From NCBI GenBank assembly GCA_963804645.1, contig CAWDRG010000015.1:384001-448000 (forward strand): 64,000 nt of DNA, in the 5' to 3' direction. Positions 9,451-19,600 of the stretch are shown here, in pieces. The translations under genes and the position numbers were made by a program. Under the pieces are notes generated by a model. That model was not told where the DNA came from. It made no database searches and saw nothing but the letters and a program-made list of their open reading frames with translations. Position 1 is the stretch's first letter. Every line of letters begins with the position of its first letter. The DNA is from an uncultured Bacillota bacterium (lineage in GTDB: Bacteria > Sysuimicrobiota > Sysuimicrobiia > Sysuimicrobiales > Segetimicrobiaceae).

Positions 9451-9479
9451 AGTATAGGACCCGTGTTCGGGTTTGTCAA
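9451..9479 (-). promoter_or_regulatory. Sigma70-type promoter (minus strand) for the hypothetical-DUF3800 operon
   Basis: The reverse strand reads TTGACA-17 nt-TATACT. Confidence 0.65.
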
Positions 9480-9672
9480 TGGGGCGTATATGGTTTCGTA
9501 GTAACCCGTGTTGCATAACCGTGTATCAACCCGTAAAAGAAGAGAGCGGGTCAGTGATGACCCACTCCCAACCGCGCTGGTCTCCGTTTGTGATTCTATC
9601 CGAACAGTCCTAGTCAGTCAAGTATGTTGTTACCCTAATAAGGAACGGCAGGGGGGTTTCTGGGTGGCGCGA

Positions 9673-9689
9673 ATTGTATATTGTATGCA
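9673..9689 (+). promoter_or_regulatory. Candidate GntR-type operator upstream of the catabolic operon
   Basis: AT-rich tandem ATTGTAT-ATTGTAT-GCA in a GC-rich background. A GntR gene lies at the far end of the operon. Confidence 0.35.
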
Positions 9690-11153
9690 GAATGCCCGGC
9701 CGCTCCCCGATCGGGTCGCGTCCCGGGCGTTCTCTGTGGCACCGTGGGCATACGGTGATCAGCTGATACCAGTATCGGAGAGGATGCGGCATCGCGCACA
9801 TGTCATCTGCGGGCGATCGTGATCTGCCGTCGGAGACGCTCAGCGACGTGTCCCGATATGTCGATGGGCACGCCGAACGGTTTGTGGGGGATCTGTGCGA
9901 GTTCGTCCGGCATCCCAGCGAGAGCGGACGCCTGGCGGACCAGCGCGCCTGCGCGGCGTACATGGTCGATCTCGCTCGCCGCTACGGTTGGGAGGCGGAG
10001 GCGGTCGCCGTCGACGAGCTCGCTCCCATCGTGTACGCGTCGTATCCGGCGCCCCCGGGGGGCAAGCGCGTGCTGCTGTACAGCCACTACGACGTCGTCC
10101 CCGCGGGCCCGCACGAGGAATGGAGCCATCCCCCCTACGGCGCCGCGCGCGTGGACGGGCGCGTGATCGGCCGCGGGACGACCGATGCCAAAGCGAACGT
10201 GCTGGCGCTCGTCAACGCGTTTGAGTGCTTCCGGGGGACCCGGGGGCACGCTCCGTGCGGGGCCGTCCTGGTCCTCGACGGGGAGGAGGAGCGCGGGAGC
10301 CCGAACCTGGTGACGTTCGTGGACCGGTACCGCGACCGCCTTCGCGCGGATGCCGCCCTTTCCTTCGATGGCGCGATCGACCCGAGCGGCGTCCCCAAGA
10401 TCGGGCTGGGGACCAGCGGAATGCTGTACGTGGAACTCACCGCCACGGGCACCCCGAACGATCTCCACTCCGCCGGGGCGCGATTGTATCCGAACCCCGC
10501 GTGGCGGCTCATCTGGGCGCTCGCGTCGGTGAAGGGGCAGGATGAGCGCATTACCATCGACGGCTTTTACGACGATGTCACTCCCCCGACCGCGCGGGAT
10601 CGCGCGCTCATGGACGCGATGGCGTGGAACGACGACCTCGTGAAGCGGGAACTCGGCCTCTCACAGTTCGTCTTGGGGATCAGCGGCGCGCCGGCACTGG
10701 AGCGGCTCCTGTTTCAGCCGTGCGCGACGGTGTGCGGGTTCGTCTCCGGGTACACCGGCGACGGGCCGAAGGGCATCGTCCCCAGCCGCGCCTCGGCGAA
10801 GCTCGAGTTTCGGCTGGTGCCGCAGCAGACGCCCGAGCGCGTGCTCGCGCTGCTGCGGTCGCACTTGGATCGGTGCGGGTTTCAGGAGGTCAGCGTGGAA
10901 ACGCTCGCCACCGTGGAGACGGCGAAGACGGACCCGGACAGCGCGATCGCGCGCGCGGTGGTGGCCGCCGCGCGGACGCTCTACGGCGAGCCGATCGTCA
11001 AGCCGACCGAGGAGTACGCCGGCCGGCAGGGGGTGTGGCTCGGGAACTATCTGGGGATGCCCGGCGTCGGGACCGGGGTGGGACCGCCCGGGCACCGCGG
11101 GCACGCGACGGACGAGTTCGTCACGGAGGAACACTATCTCAGGGGGATCAAGT

Positions 11154-11999
<846 letters not shown>

Positions 12000-12854
12000 C
12001 GCCGCCTCGGCGGACGACGGGCTGATCTACGGGCTGACGCCGCCTCGGCGCGCGGGATTCAGGCTGACCGATCACCCGCGGCTGGTCCAGGGCGCCGTGG
12101 CGGCCGCGCTCCTCGTGACTTGGGAGCTGTACGGACGCTCGCTCAACCCGATCATGTTGAGCTATCCGACGGCGGTGGTGGGCGCGTTCTTCGGGCTCGT
12201 GCGGGATGGCGAGCTGCTGCGGGCGCTCGTGCAGAGCCTGGAGCCGCTCGCGACCGGCTTCTTCCTGTCCCTGGTCGCCGGCGTGGCGGTGGGCCTGCTG
12301 ATGGGCCGGTCCAAGCTGTGCTACGAGGCGCTCGATCCGTTTCTGACCGCGCTGTACGCGACCCCGACCGTGGCGCTGATCCCGCTGATCATGCTGTGGT
12401 TTGGGTTCGGATTCTCGGCGAAGGTCGTGATCATCTTTCTCTCGTGCTTCTTTGCGATCGTGATCAACACGTACGCCGGGGTGCGCAATGTCAGCCGGGC
12501 CACGGTCGACGTCGTCCGCGCGTACGGGGCGAACAGCCGGCAGATCATGTTCAAGGTGGTGCTGCCGAGCGCCCTGCCGTTCGTGATGGCCGGCATTCGG
12601 GTCGCGATCGGCCGCGGGGTGATCGGCATGGTCGTGGCCGAGTTCTTCACCGCGCTGACCGGGCTGGGCGCGCTGATCGTCGTGTTCTCGAACGCGTTCG
12701 CGACCGCCAAACTGTTTGTGCCCGTGCTGGTGCTGTCGTTCCTGGGAGTCGGGTTGACGACGCTGGCCGGCTGGACCGAACGGCGGCTGGCGCCGTGGAA
12801 AGAAACCGAACGGGCCGGATGAGGCCCGGATCACGACACACGGAGGGTGACGGC

Positions 12855-13877
12855 ATGAGACGCCGCGCGGGGCACTGGCTCGGATGGCTGATGGTCGTCG
12901 TCTGCATGGGGATGCTCGTCGGCATGGGAACGACCGCGGGAGTGGCGCAGCAGCTGATCAGGGTCCGCTACGGCCTCGCCACGGCGCCGCCGGCGATTAC
13001 GACGGTCCAGCCGTATTTCGCGTTCGAGCAGGGGTTTTTCAAGCAGCAGGGGCTTGACGTGCAGATCATCCCGCTGCCGGGGTCTGTGACGGTCGTGCGG
13101 GCGCTCCTCAGCGGGCAGGTCGACGTGGCCCTGACGGATCCGGGGACGGCGTTCCTCGCGTACACGAACGGCGCGCCGATCAAGATCATCTCGGGCCCGG
13201 CGGAGAAGGGCACCGATGTGCTCGTGGCCTCGTCGGCGGTCAAGACCATCGCCGATTTGAAGGGGAAGCGCTTCGCGATCTCGGACCCCGGGGGGCAGCA
13301 GCAGAACGAGATCAAGCTGATCGCGGCGAAGTACGGGATTAATCCCGACGACATCCAGTACCTGCCGATCGGCGGCCCGGTCCCGCGCGCGCAGGCGCTG
13401 CTGCTGGGCCGCGTCGACGCGACCTCGCTCACGATCGCGGTGCTGAAGCCGATGCTGGACGCCATCGACCAGGGCAAGGTCCACGTCCTCACCTCGCTGG
13501 GCGCCGAGTTTCCCGATCTGCCGACGTCGTACGACATCACGTCGGACACCGTCGCCAAGAACCAGTCGCAGATGCTGGCACGGCTGGTGACGGCGGACAT
13601 CCGCGGCTGGCGCTGGGCCGTGCAGAACCCCGACGCGGCGGCGCAGATCGTGATGAAGGACGTGCCGGGGCTCGATCCGTCGGTGGTCGCGCGCGGCCAG
13701 CGCGAGATCGCGATGGCCTACGGGCTCAACGGTGGCGTGACGGCGGCGTCGGTCCAGGGCGCCCAGGACCTGCTCGTGAAGCTCGGCATCCTGCACGGCA
13801 CGATCGACGTGAACCAGATCCTGGCGCCGCAGTTCATCACGCTCGCGATGGGCAGCCTCGGGTACATGCAGCACTAG
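12855..13877 (+). CDS. NitT/TauT (NMT1/THI5-like) ABC substrate-binding protein
   Basis: RBS GGAGGG before ATG 12855. Signal peptide, A.EQGFFKQQGLDV and DLKGKR. Confidence 0.9.
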   Translation: MRRRAGHWLGWLMVVVCMGMLVGMGTTAGVAQQLIRVRYGLATAPPAITTVQPYFAFEQGFFKQQGLDVQIIPLPGSVTVVRALLSGQVDVALTDPGTAFLAYTNGAPIKIISGPAEKGTDVLVASSAVKTIADLKGKRFAISDPGGQQQNEIKLIAAKYGINPDDIQYLPIGGPVPRAQALLLGRVDATSLTIAVLKPMLDAIDQGKVHVLTSLGAEFPDLPTSYDITSDTVAKNQSQMLARLVTADIRGWRWAVQNPDAAAQIVMKDVPGLDPSVVARGQREIAMAYGLNGGVTAASVQGAQDLLVKLGILHGTIDVNQILAPQFITLAMGSLGYMQH

Positions 13878-13890
13878 CCGTCGGCCCGCC

Positions 13891-13922
13891 GCGGTCCCGG
13901 GGGGGGCGCGCCCCGGGACCGC
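13891..13922 (+). terminator. GC-rich hairpin after the binding-protein gene (stabiliser or attenuator)
   Basis: 12-bp inverted repeat GCGGTCCCGGGG / CCCCGGGACCGC with no U-tract. Confidence 0.35.
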
Positions 13923-13966
13923 CGCACGCACCGCCGAGCCGCGCCGCGAAGGGGGACGGAACGCCG

Positions 13967-14674
13967 ATGGCCGCATGGGACGACATTCTTTCCGAGCGCG
14001 ACCGCCGCGTGATCGAGGCGAGCGGGCACGGCGCGGCCCGAGGCCTCGGGACGCGCCCGGTGGTCCTGGTGGTCGACGCGCAGGAGCACTTCGTCGGCAT
14101 GCGCGGCGACATCTTCGCCTCGACCGCGGTGTATCCCACGAGCGTCGGCGACGACGCGTGGGCCGCGGTCGCGTGCATCCAAGCGCTCATCGCCCGCGCG
14201 CGGGCGCTGGGGGTGCCGGTGATGTACTCGAAGTCGGGCATCAAGGCGGGCGAGGAGGCGTTCGACAGCTTCGCCCGCAAGCGCCGGTCTGCCGACGTGA
14301 CCCACGGTGTGCCGTCGCTCGAGATGCCGATCGTTCCGGAACTCGCGCCGCGGCCGCGCGAGGTCGTGATCGAGAAGAGGTTCCCGAGCGCGTTTTTCGG
14401 ATCGCCCCTCGTGAGCTTCCTGCACGCGCACGGTGCGGATACGATTCTCCTCGCGGGGTTCACCACGAGCGGGTGCGTCCGGGCGACGTGCGTGGACGCG
14501 ATGTCGTACAACTTCCGCGTCGGGGTGGTCGCCGACGGCTGCGCCGACCGGCTCCATCTCGCGCACAAGGCGAGCCTGCTCGACATGCACTTGAAATACG
14601 GCGACGTCATCCACTCGCCCGAGGCGCTCGAGTATCTCGAGCGCCTCGGGCGCACCCCCGCGCCGGCGCCGTAA
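13967..14674 (+). CDS. Isochorismatase-family cysteine hydrolase (N-carbamoylsarcosine amidase/maleamate amidohydrolase-like)
   Basis: Catalytic triad motifs VVD, EKRFPSAFFG and GFTTSGCVRATCVDA. Confidence 0.88.
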   Translation: MAAWDDILSERDRRVIEASGHGAARGLGTRPVVLVVDAQEHFVGMRGDIFASTAVYPTSVGDDAWAAVACIQALIARARALGVPVMYSKSGIKAGEEAFDSFARKRRSADVTHGVPSLEMPIVPELAPRPREVVIEKRFPSAFFGSPLVSFLHAHGADTILLAGFTTSGCVRATCVDAMSYNFRVGVVADGCADRLHLAHKASLLDMHLKYGDVIHSPEALEYLERLGRTPAPAP

Positions 14675-14737
14675 GCGCGGCAGCACGGCCGCTCGACGTC
14701 GAGCTCGTCAATTGAACCACGGACAGGAGGCGTGTGA

Positions 14738-16102
14738 ATGAGCGTGGATCTGATCGTCAAGAACGGTACGATCGTCAGTGCGGCCGCGAGCTACCGCGGG
14801 CACGTCCTGATCCAGGACGGGAAAGTGCTGGCCATCCAGGTGCGCGACGACCTGCCGCAGGCCAAGAAGGTGATCGACGCGACGGGCCTCCACGTGCTGC
14901 CCGGGCTCATCGACCCGCACGTGCACTTCCGCGTGCCGGGCCTCGCGTACAAGGAGGATTTTGACACCGGGTCGCAGGCGGCGGCGGCGGGCGGCATCAC
15001 GACGATCATCGACATGCCGAACGTCGTGCCCCCGACCTCCAACGTGGAAGGGTTTCACGCCAAGGTCGCGTGCGCCGACGGCACGTCCTACGTGGACTAC
15101 GGCATCTACGCCGTAATCGTCGAGGGCAATAGCGGCGAGATCCTGCCGCTTGCCGATGCGGGCGTCGTCGGGTACAAGATCTTCCTCGGCGAGACCGTGG
15201 GCAACATCCCGGCCCCGCCGGACGGGGAGATCATCGACGCGTGGCGGATCATGGCCGAGACCGGCCTGCGCTGCGGCGTGCACGCGGAGGACAACAGCAT
15301 CCTGCTGTATCTGCGCAAGAAGCTGCAGGACCAGGGACGCAAGGACCCGCTCGCGCACCTGGAGTCGCGGCCGGCGGTCGCGGAAGCCGAGGCGATCTCG
15401 CGCGCGATCATGTTCGCGCGCGAGGCCAAGAGCAAGCTCATGATCTATCACATGAGCGCCGCGGAGGGCGTCGCGCTGGTGCGGCAGGGCAAGGACAGCG
15501 GCGTCGACGTGGTGGGCGAGACCGGGCCGCACTACCTGATCATGGAAGGCGAGGACATGGTCCGCATGCAGCTCGGATCGCTGCTGAAGATGAATCCGCC
15601 GGTCCGGTCGCACGAGCACGCCGAGGCGCTCTGGCGCGGGCTGCTCGACGGCACGATCGAGGTCATCGGGACCGACCACTCGCCGCATACCCGCGAGGAG
15701 AAGAGTTTCGACAATCCGATGGGGGACATCTGGAAGGCGATCGCTGGATGGCCGGGGGTCGAGACCAACGTGCCGCTCATGCTGACCCAGGTGAACGCCG
15801 GCCGCATGAACCTGTCGCAGTACGTCAAGGTCCAGGCCGAAGGCCCGGCGCGCGCGTGGAATCTGTGGCCGCGCAAGGGCCACCTCGGGTACGGGGCCGA
15901 CGGCGACGTCACGATCGTGGACATGCGGAAGGAAGGCACGATCGATCAGGACAAGCTGCACAGCAAGAGCAAGCTCACGCCGTTCCACGGATTCCGGGTG
16001 AAGGGGATGCCGGTGTACACGATCGTCCGCGGCCGGGTCGTGATGGAGAACGGCGAGGTGGTCGGAAAGCCGGGCGGGCAGCTGCAGAAGCCGATCGTCT
16101 AG
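14738..16102 (+). CDS. Cyclic amidohydrolase (allantoinase/dihydroorotase family)
   Basis: Motifs PGLIDPHVHFR, AAAGGITT, HAED, KMNPPVR and GTDHSPH. Confidence 0.9.
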   Translation: MSVDLIVKNGTIVSAAASYRGHVLIQDGKVLAIQVRDDLPQAKKVIDATGLHVLPGLIDPHVHFRVPGLAYKEDFDTGSQAAAAGGITTIIDMPNVVPPTSNVEGFHAKVACADGTSYVDYGIYAVIVEGNSGEILPLADAGVVGYKIFLGETVGNIPAPPDGEIIDAWRIMAETGLRCGVHAEDNSILLYLRKKLQDQGRKDPLAHLESRPAVAEAEAISRAIMFAREAKSKLMIYHMSAAEGVALVRQGKDSGVDVVGETGPHYLIMEGEDMVRMQLGSLLKMNPPVRSHEHAEALWRGLLDGTIEVIGTDHSPHTREEKSFDNPMGDIWKAIAGWPGVETNVPLMLTQVNAGRMNLSQYVKVQAEGPARAWNLWPRKGHLGYGADGDVTIVDMRKEGTIDQDKLHSKSKLTPFHGFRVKGMPVYTIVRGRVVMENGEVVGKPGGQLQKPIV

Positions 16103-16154
16103 CCGGGCGCGCGCGTCCGCGCGCCGGGTCGAGAGCCGAGGGAAGGAGACCATC

Positions 16155-17372
16155 ATGGACGTGCTGGTGAGCGCCGGGACCGAATGGCAGATCGGCTACG
16201 CGCACGGGACGCAGCTCGCCGAGGCGGTCGCGGCGAACGTCGGACAGTTCTGGGGGGACGCCGCACGGGCGGGGTGGGACCGGCGCGCGGTGCTCGCCTC
16301 CGCGCTCCGCGGGGAGCGCCGGGTGCTCGGCGACGCCCGGTGCGAGGAGATCGCCGGGATCGCGGCGGGCGCCCGGCTGGCGTATCCTGATGTCCTCGCC
16401 TACAACCTGTACCACGGGCGGATCGCTCCCGACGAGTGCTCGGTCATGTGGGCGCTGCCGGATGCGACCGCCGGCGGCCGCGCGCTGTTCATGAAGAACA
16501 GCGACAAGATCGGACGCGAGGACATGGTTGGCCCGAACTTCCACAAGAACAAGGAGATCAACATCCTGGTGGCGCTCCGGCCGCAGGGGAAGCCCGCGGT
16601 GATCGGGGTCGGGCAGGCGGGCGGGACCGGACTGAAGATGGGGGTCAACGACCGCGGAGTGTGCGCCGGGACGAACATCGCCCGCACCACGGAGCTGCGC
16701 ACCCGCGCGGTCACGTCCACGCAGGAGCGCGCGGTCGACCGGGCCCAGCTCGCCCGCGACGGCCTCGAGCTCACGGCCGCCATGCTGGCGACCCAGGCGA
16801 TGATCGCGCGCGTGGCGGAGTCGCCGATGGCGACCCCGGGCAACCTCGAGTTTGTCGATGCACAGCGCGCGTTCGTGATCGAAGGCTCCTACGACCGCGT
16901 GGCGGTCCAGAGTTACGACCGGGGCGTCGGGCTGCGGACGAACCGCTTCGTGACGCTGCACGATCTCAACGACCCGCAGGACGTGTCGTCGTACTGCCGG
17001 TTTGCGCGCGCGCAGGAGCTCCTCGGCGGCCGCGCCGGCCGGTTGACGCTGGACGACTTCACGGGGTTCACCCAGGATCACGGCAACGGGCCGGGACCGA
17101 ACTCGATCTGCCGGCACGACTCCGACGTGCGGTCGGAGACGACGCAGTCCGCGCTCGTGGCCGAGCTCGACGGGGCGTCGCCGGCCGATACCACGGTCCG
17201 GATCGCGCTCGGGAAGCCGTGTCACGCGTGGCGGCACGCGGACGGGCACATCGAGCTGACGCTGCGCTTCCGGACGGAGGACATTCCCGAGGGGCTCCGC
17301 ACCGGCGAGGTGTGGAAGCGATACTGGACGGAGACGCCCTACGCGGAGCCCGTCGCCGCGGAGGCCCGCTGA
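16155..17372 (+). CDS. C45-family autoproteolytic Ntn hydrolase/acyltransferase
   Basis: G...QIGYAHG, EIAGIAAGA, DE/CS nucleophile, KNSD, GVNDRGV and SICRH. Confidence 0.75.
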   Translation: MDVLVSAGTEWQIGYAHGTQLAEAVAANVGQFWGDAARAGWDRRAVLASALRGERRVLGDARCEEIAGIAAGARLAYPDVLAYNLYHGRIAPDECSVMWALPDATAGGRALFMKNSDKIGREDMVGPNFHKNKEINILVALRPQGKPAVIGVGQAGGTGLKMGVNDRGVCAGTNIARTTELRTRAVTSTQERAVDRAQLARDGLELTAAMLATQAMIARVAESPMATPGNLEFVDAQRAFVIEGSYDRVAVQSYDRGVGLRTNRFVTLHDLNDPQDVSSYCRFARAQELLGGRAGRLTLDDFTGFTQDHGNGPGPNSICRHDSDVRSETTQSALVAELDGASPADTTVRIALGKPCHAWRHADGHIELTLRFRTEDIPEGLRTGEVWKRYWTETPYAEPVAAEAR

Positions 17373-17398
17373 CGCACTGAGCGGAGCGCACCCGGGCG

Positions 17399-17869
17399 AT
17401 GCGATTCGAGAAAGCGCTCGTCGTCGGGGCGCCCCCCGAGCAGGTCTGGGCGTTCCTGTGGGACGTCGAGCGCGTGGCGCGGTGCCTGCCCGGATGTACC
17501 GACGTGCGCACGGTCGTACCCCACAAGCAGTACGCGGCCGTCGTCAGCGAGCGGGTCGGGCCGTTTCGGGTGCGGTTTCCGCTCGACATCGAGGTGCTCG
17601 AGGTCGATGAGGGGCGACGGCTTGCGGCGCAGGCGGCCGGCCGCGATTCTGCCGTGGGCAGCTCGCTCAAAGTCGCGCTCGAGCTCCGGCTCGAGGCGGC
17701 GCCCGCCGGCTCGAGGCTGGTGATCCTCACCGACACCACCGTGCTCGGCAAGCTCGGGACGCTTGGGCAGGGGGTCATCCAGCACAAAGCCGACGAGCTG
17801 ATGGCGCAGTTCGCCCGCGCCGTGCAGCAGGCGCTCGAGGCTGACGCGGCCGGCCCGGCCCCTGGCTAG
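17399..17869 (+). CDS. CoxG/SRPBCC family protein
   Basis: VWAFLWDVERVARCLPG and GKLGTLGQGVI. Confidence 0.85.
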   Translation: MRFEKALVVGAPPEQVWAFLWDVERVARCLPGCTDVRTVVPHKQYAAVVSERVGPFRVRFPLDIEVLEVDEGRRLAAQAAGRDSAVGSSLKVALELRLEAAPAGSRLVILTDTTVLGKLGTLGQGVIQHKADELMAQFARAVQQALEADAAGPAPG

Positions 17870-17958
17870 GCGGGACGCCCGAGCGCGGCCGGGCGCACCC
17901 CCGCGCGTCACGCAGGAGGGGACCGCATGCTCGAATCGTCGTGGAGGGGCGTGGATCG

Positions 17959-18684
17959 ATGAGCGTGTCTGTCGAGCGTATCCGCGAACTCCGGGACGCG
18001 GTCGCGTGGGGCTGCCGGATGCTGCATCACGGCGGGCACGGGGACATTGCCCTCGGGCACGTCAGCGCCCGGTACCCCGGTCTCGATGCCATGCTGATGA
18101 AAGGCAAGGGGGTCGGGCTCGACGAGGTCACGGCGGCCAACGTCGTCGCGATCGACCTCGAGGGACGCCGCCTCGAAGGGGCGCATCCGATCCACGCAGA
18201 ACTGCCGCTCCACACCGAGGTCTACAAAGCGCGCCGCGACGTCGGAGCGGTCGTGCACACGCATCCGCCGTACGCGACGGCGCTCGGCGCCACCGGACAG
18301 CCGCTGCGGCCGATCACCCCGCATGCGACGCTCTTCGCCGACGGGCTGCCGGTGTTCGATGGGACGGCCGCGCTGATCACGGATGCGCGGCAGGGCGCGG
18401 CGGTTGCCGCGGTCCTGGGATCCCACAAGGCGGTGCTCCTCAAGAACCACGGGATCCTGGTGGTCGGACCGACCGTTCCTTGGGCGGTGTACACGGCGGT
18501 GACGCTCGAGCGCGCCGCGGAGCTGCAGTTCATCGCGCACGGGTTCGGCACGCCCGAGCCGATCCCAGACGCCGCGGCGCGAGCCATGCAGGAGCCGCAG
18601 CACGGCGAGCGGCACGTAGCGGAGTACTGGGCGTACGAGAAGCGGGTGCTGCGCCGCGCCGGATTGGCCGACGGGCTCGACTGA
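17959..18684 (+). CDS. Class II aldolase/adducin family protein
   Basis: GHVSAR, ELPLHTEVY, VVHTHPPY and LLKNHG. Confidence 0.9.
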   Translation: MSVSVERIRELRDAVAWGCRMLHHGGHGDIALGHVSARYPGLDAMLMKGKGVGLDEVTAANVVAIDLEGRRLEGAHPIHAELPLHTEVYKARRDVGAVVHTHPPYATALGATGQPLRPITPHATLFADGLPVFDGTAALITDARQGAAVAAVLGSHKAVLLKNHGILVVGPTVPWAVYTAVTLERAAELQFIAHGFGTPEPIPDAAARAMQEPQHGERHVAEYWAYEKRVLRRAGLADGLD

Positions 18685-18693
18685 ACGCCGGGG

Positions 18694-19416
18694 TCAGCGC
18701 CGGAGCGCTTCTTCGAATCGAGGAGTGCCCGCCGGGACCCGATCGCGCCCAAAGAACGCCCGGCGGGCGTTCGCGACGTGCAGGCGCGCGGCGCGTTCGG
18801 CGGCGTCGGGGTCTCGGGTCGCGATCGCTTCGACCATCGCCGCATGCTCGGCGCGGATCTCGTCGGCGCGGCCCTGCCTGGTGAGCGAGACGAGCTTGCC
18901 GTGTTCGATGTACTGGCTGAACTGCGTGAGGATGCCCAGGAGACGCTGGTTTCGGCCGGTCTGGTACAATAGGTCGTCGAATCGGGTGTGGATCTGCGCG
19001 GCGCGCTTGTACTCGCCGGCCGCGAACGCCTCGCTCATCTGGTCCAGGAGCTGGCGCAGCGCACTCAGATCCTGCTCGGTGGCGTGCTCCGCGGCGAGCC
19101 GCGCCGCCAATCCCTCCAGCACCTCGCGGGCGGCATAGATCTCGTCGATGTCGCTCTCTGAGAACCCCGTGACGATGACGCCGCGGCGCGATTGGTACCG
19201 GACCAAGCCTTCGATCTCGAGCTTGCGGATCGCCTCACGCACGGGCGTCCGGCTCACATTGAACTGCTCCGCGAGGTCCTGCTCCACGAGCTTGGCGCCG
19301 GCCGCGTAGGACCCCGAGATGATGAGCTGCCGCAGATGCTTGAACAGCAGCTCGCGAATCGTCTTGTAGTCGCCTCGTCGGAGCGAGTTGATCTGGGGTC
19401 CCACCGATGTGTCCAC
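18694..19416 (-). CDS. GntR-family (FCD) transcriptional regulator
   Basis: HTH LAEQFNVSRTPVREA and an FCD domain with EH. RBS GAGGAG before GTG 19416. Confidence 0.9.
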   Translation of the reverse strand: MDTSVGPQINSLRRGDYKTIRELLFKHLRQLIISGSYAAGAKLVEQDLAEQFNVSRTPVREAIRKLEIEGLVRYQSRRGVIVTGFSESDIDEIYAAREVLEGLAARLAAEHATEQDLSALRQLLDQMSEAFAAGEYKRAAQIHTRFDDLLYQTGRNQRLLGILTQFSQYIEHGKLVSLTRQGRADEIRAEHAAMVEAIATRDPDAAERAARLHVANARRAFFGRDRVPAGTPRFEEALRR

Positions 19417-19600
19417 GGATCGCTCCTCGGCCCCTGTGTCGTGAACCACTGCGCCGGCCGCGGCGGCGTGCGGGCCACCCGGTCCGGCCACTGCGCGACA
19501 GCCCCTGAGTTCCACGGATGGATCGGGATCACCTGCCGGGCCGGCCTGGGGCCCCGCCGCAGCGAGCGGACGCGTTGCCCGGACGCGCGCAGTCCTCCGA

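Larger units (their letters stand above)
7083..9634 (+). mobile_element. IS1595-family element with passenger genes, left end missing
   Basis: Transposase C-terminal half followed by visibly lower-GC cargo. Candidate right terminus GTCAAGTATGTTGTTACC at 9617-9634, after which high-GC chromosomal genes resume. Confidence 0.6.

Noticed and set aside
9333..9518. 61-aa ORF inside the structured region
   Set aside because: It has no recognisable motif or clear RBS, and it runs through a strong hairpin and the opposing promoter. It is not fully excluded.
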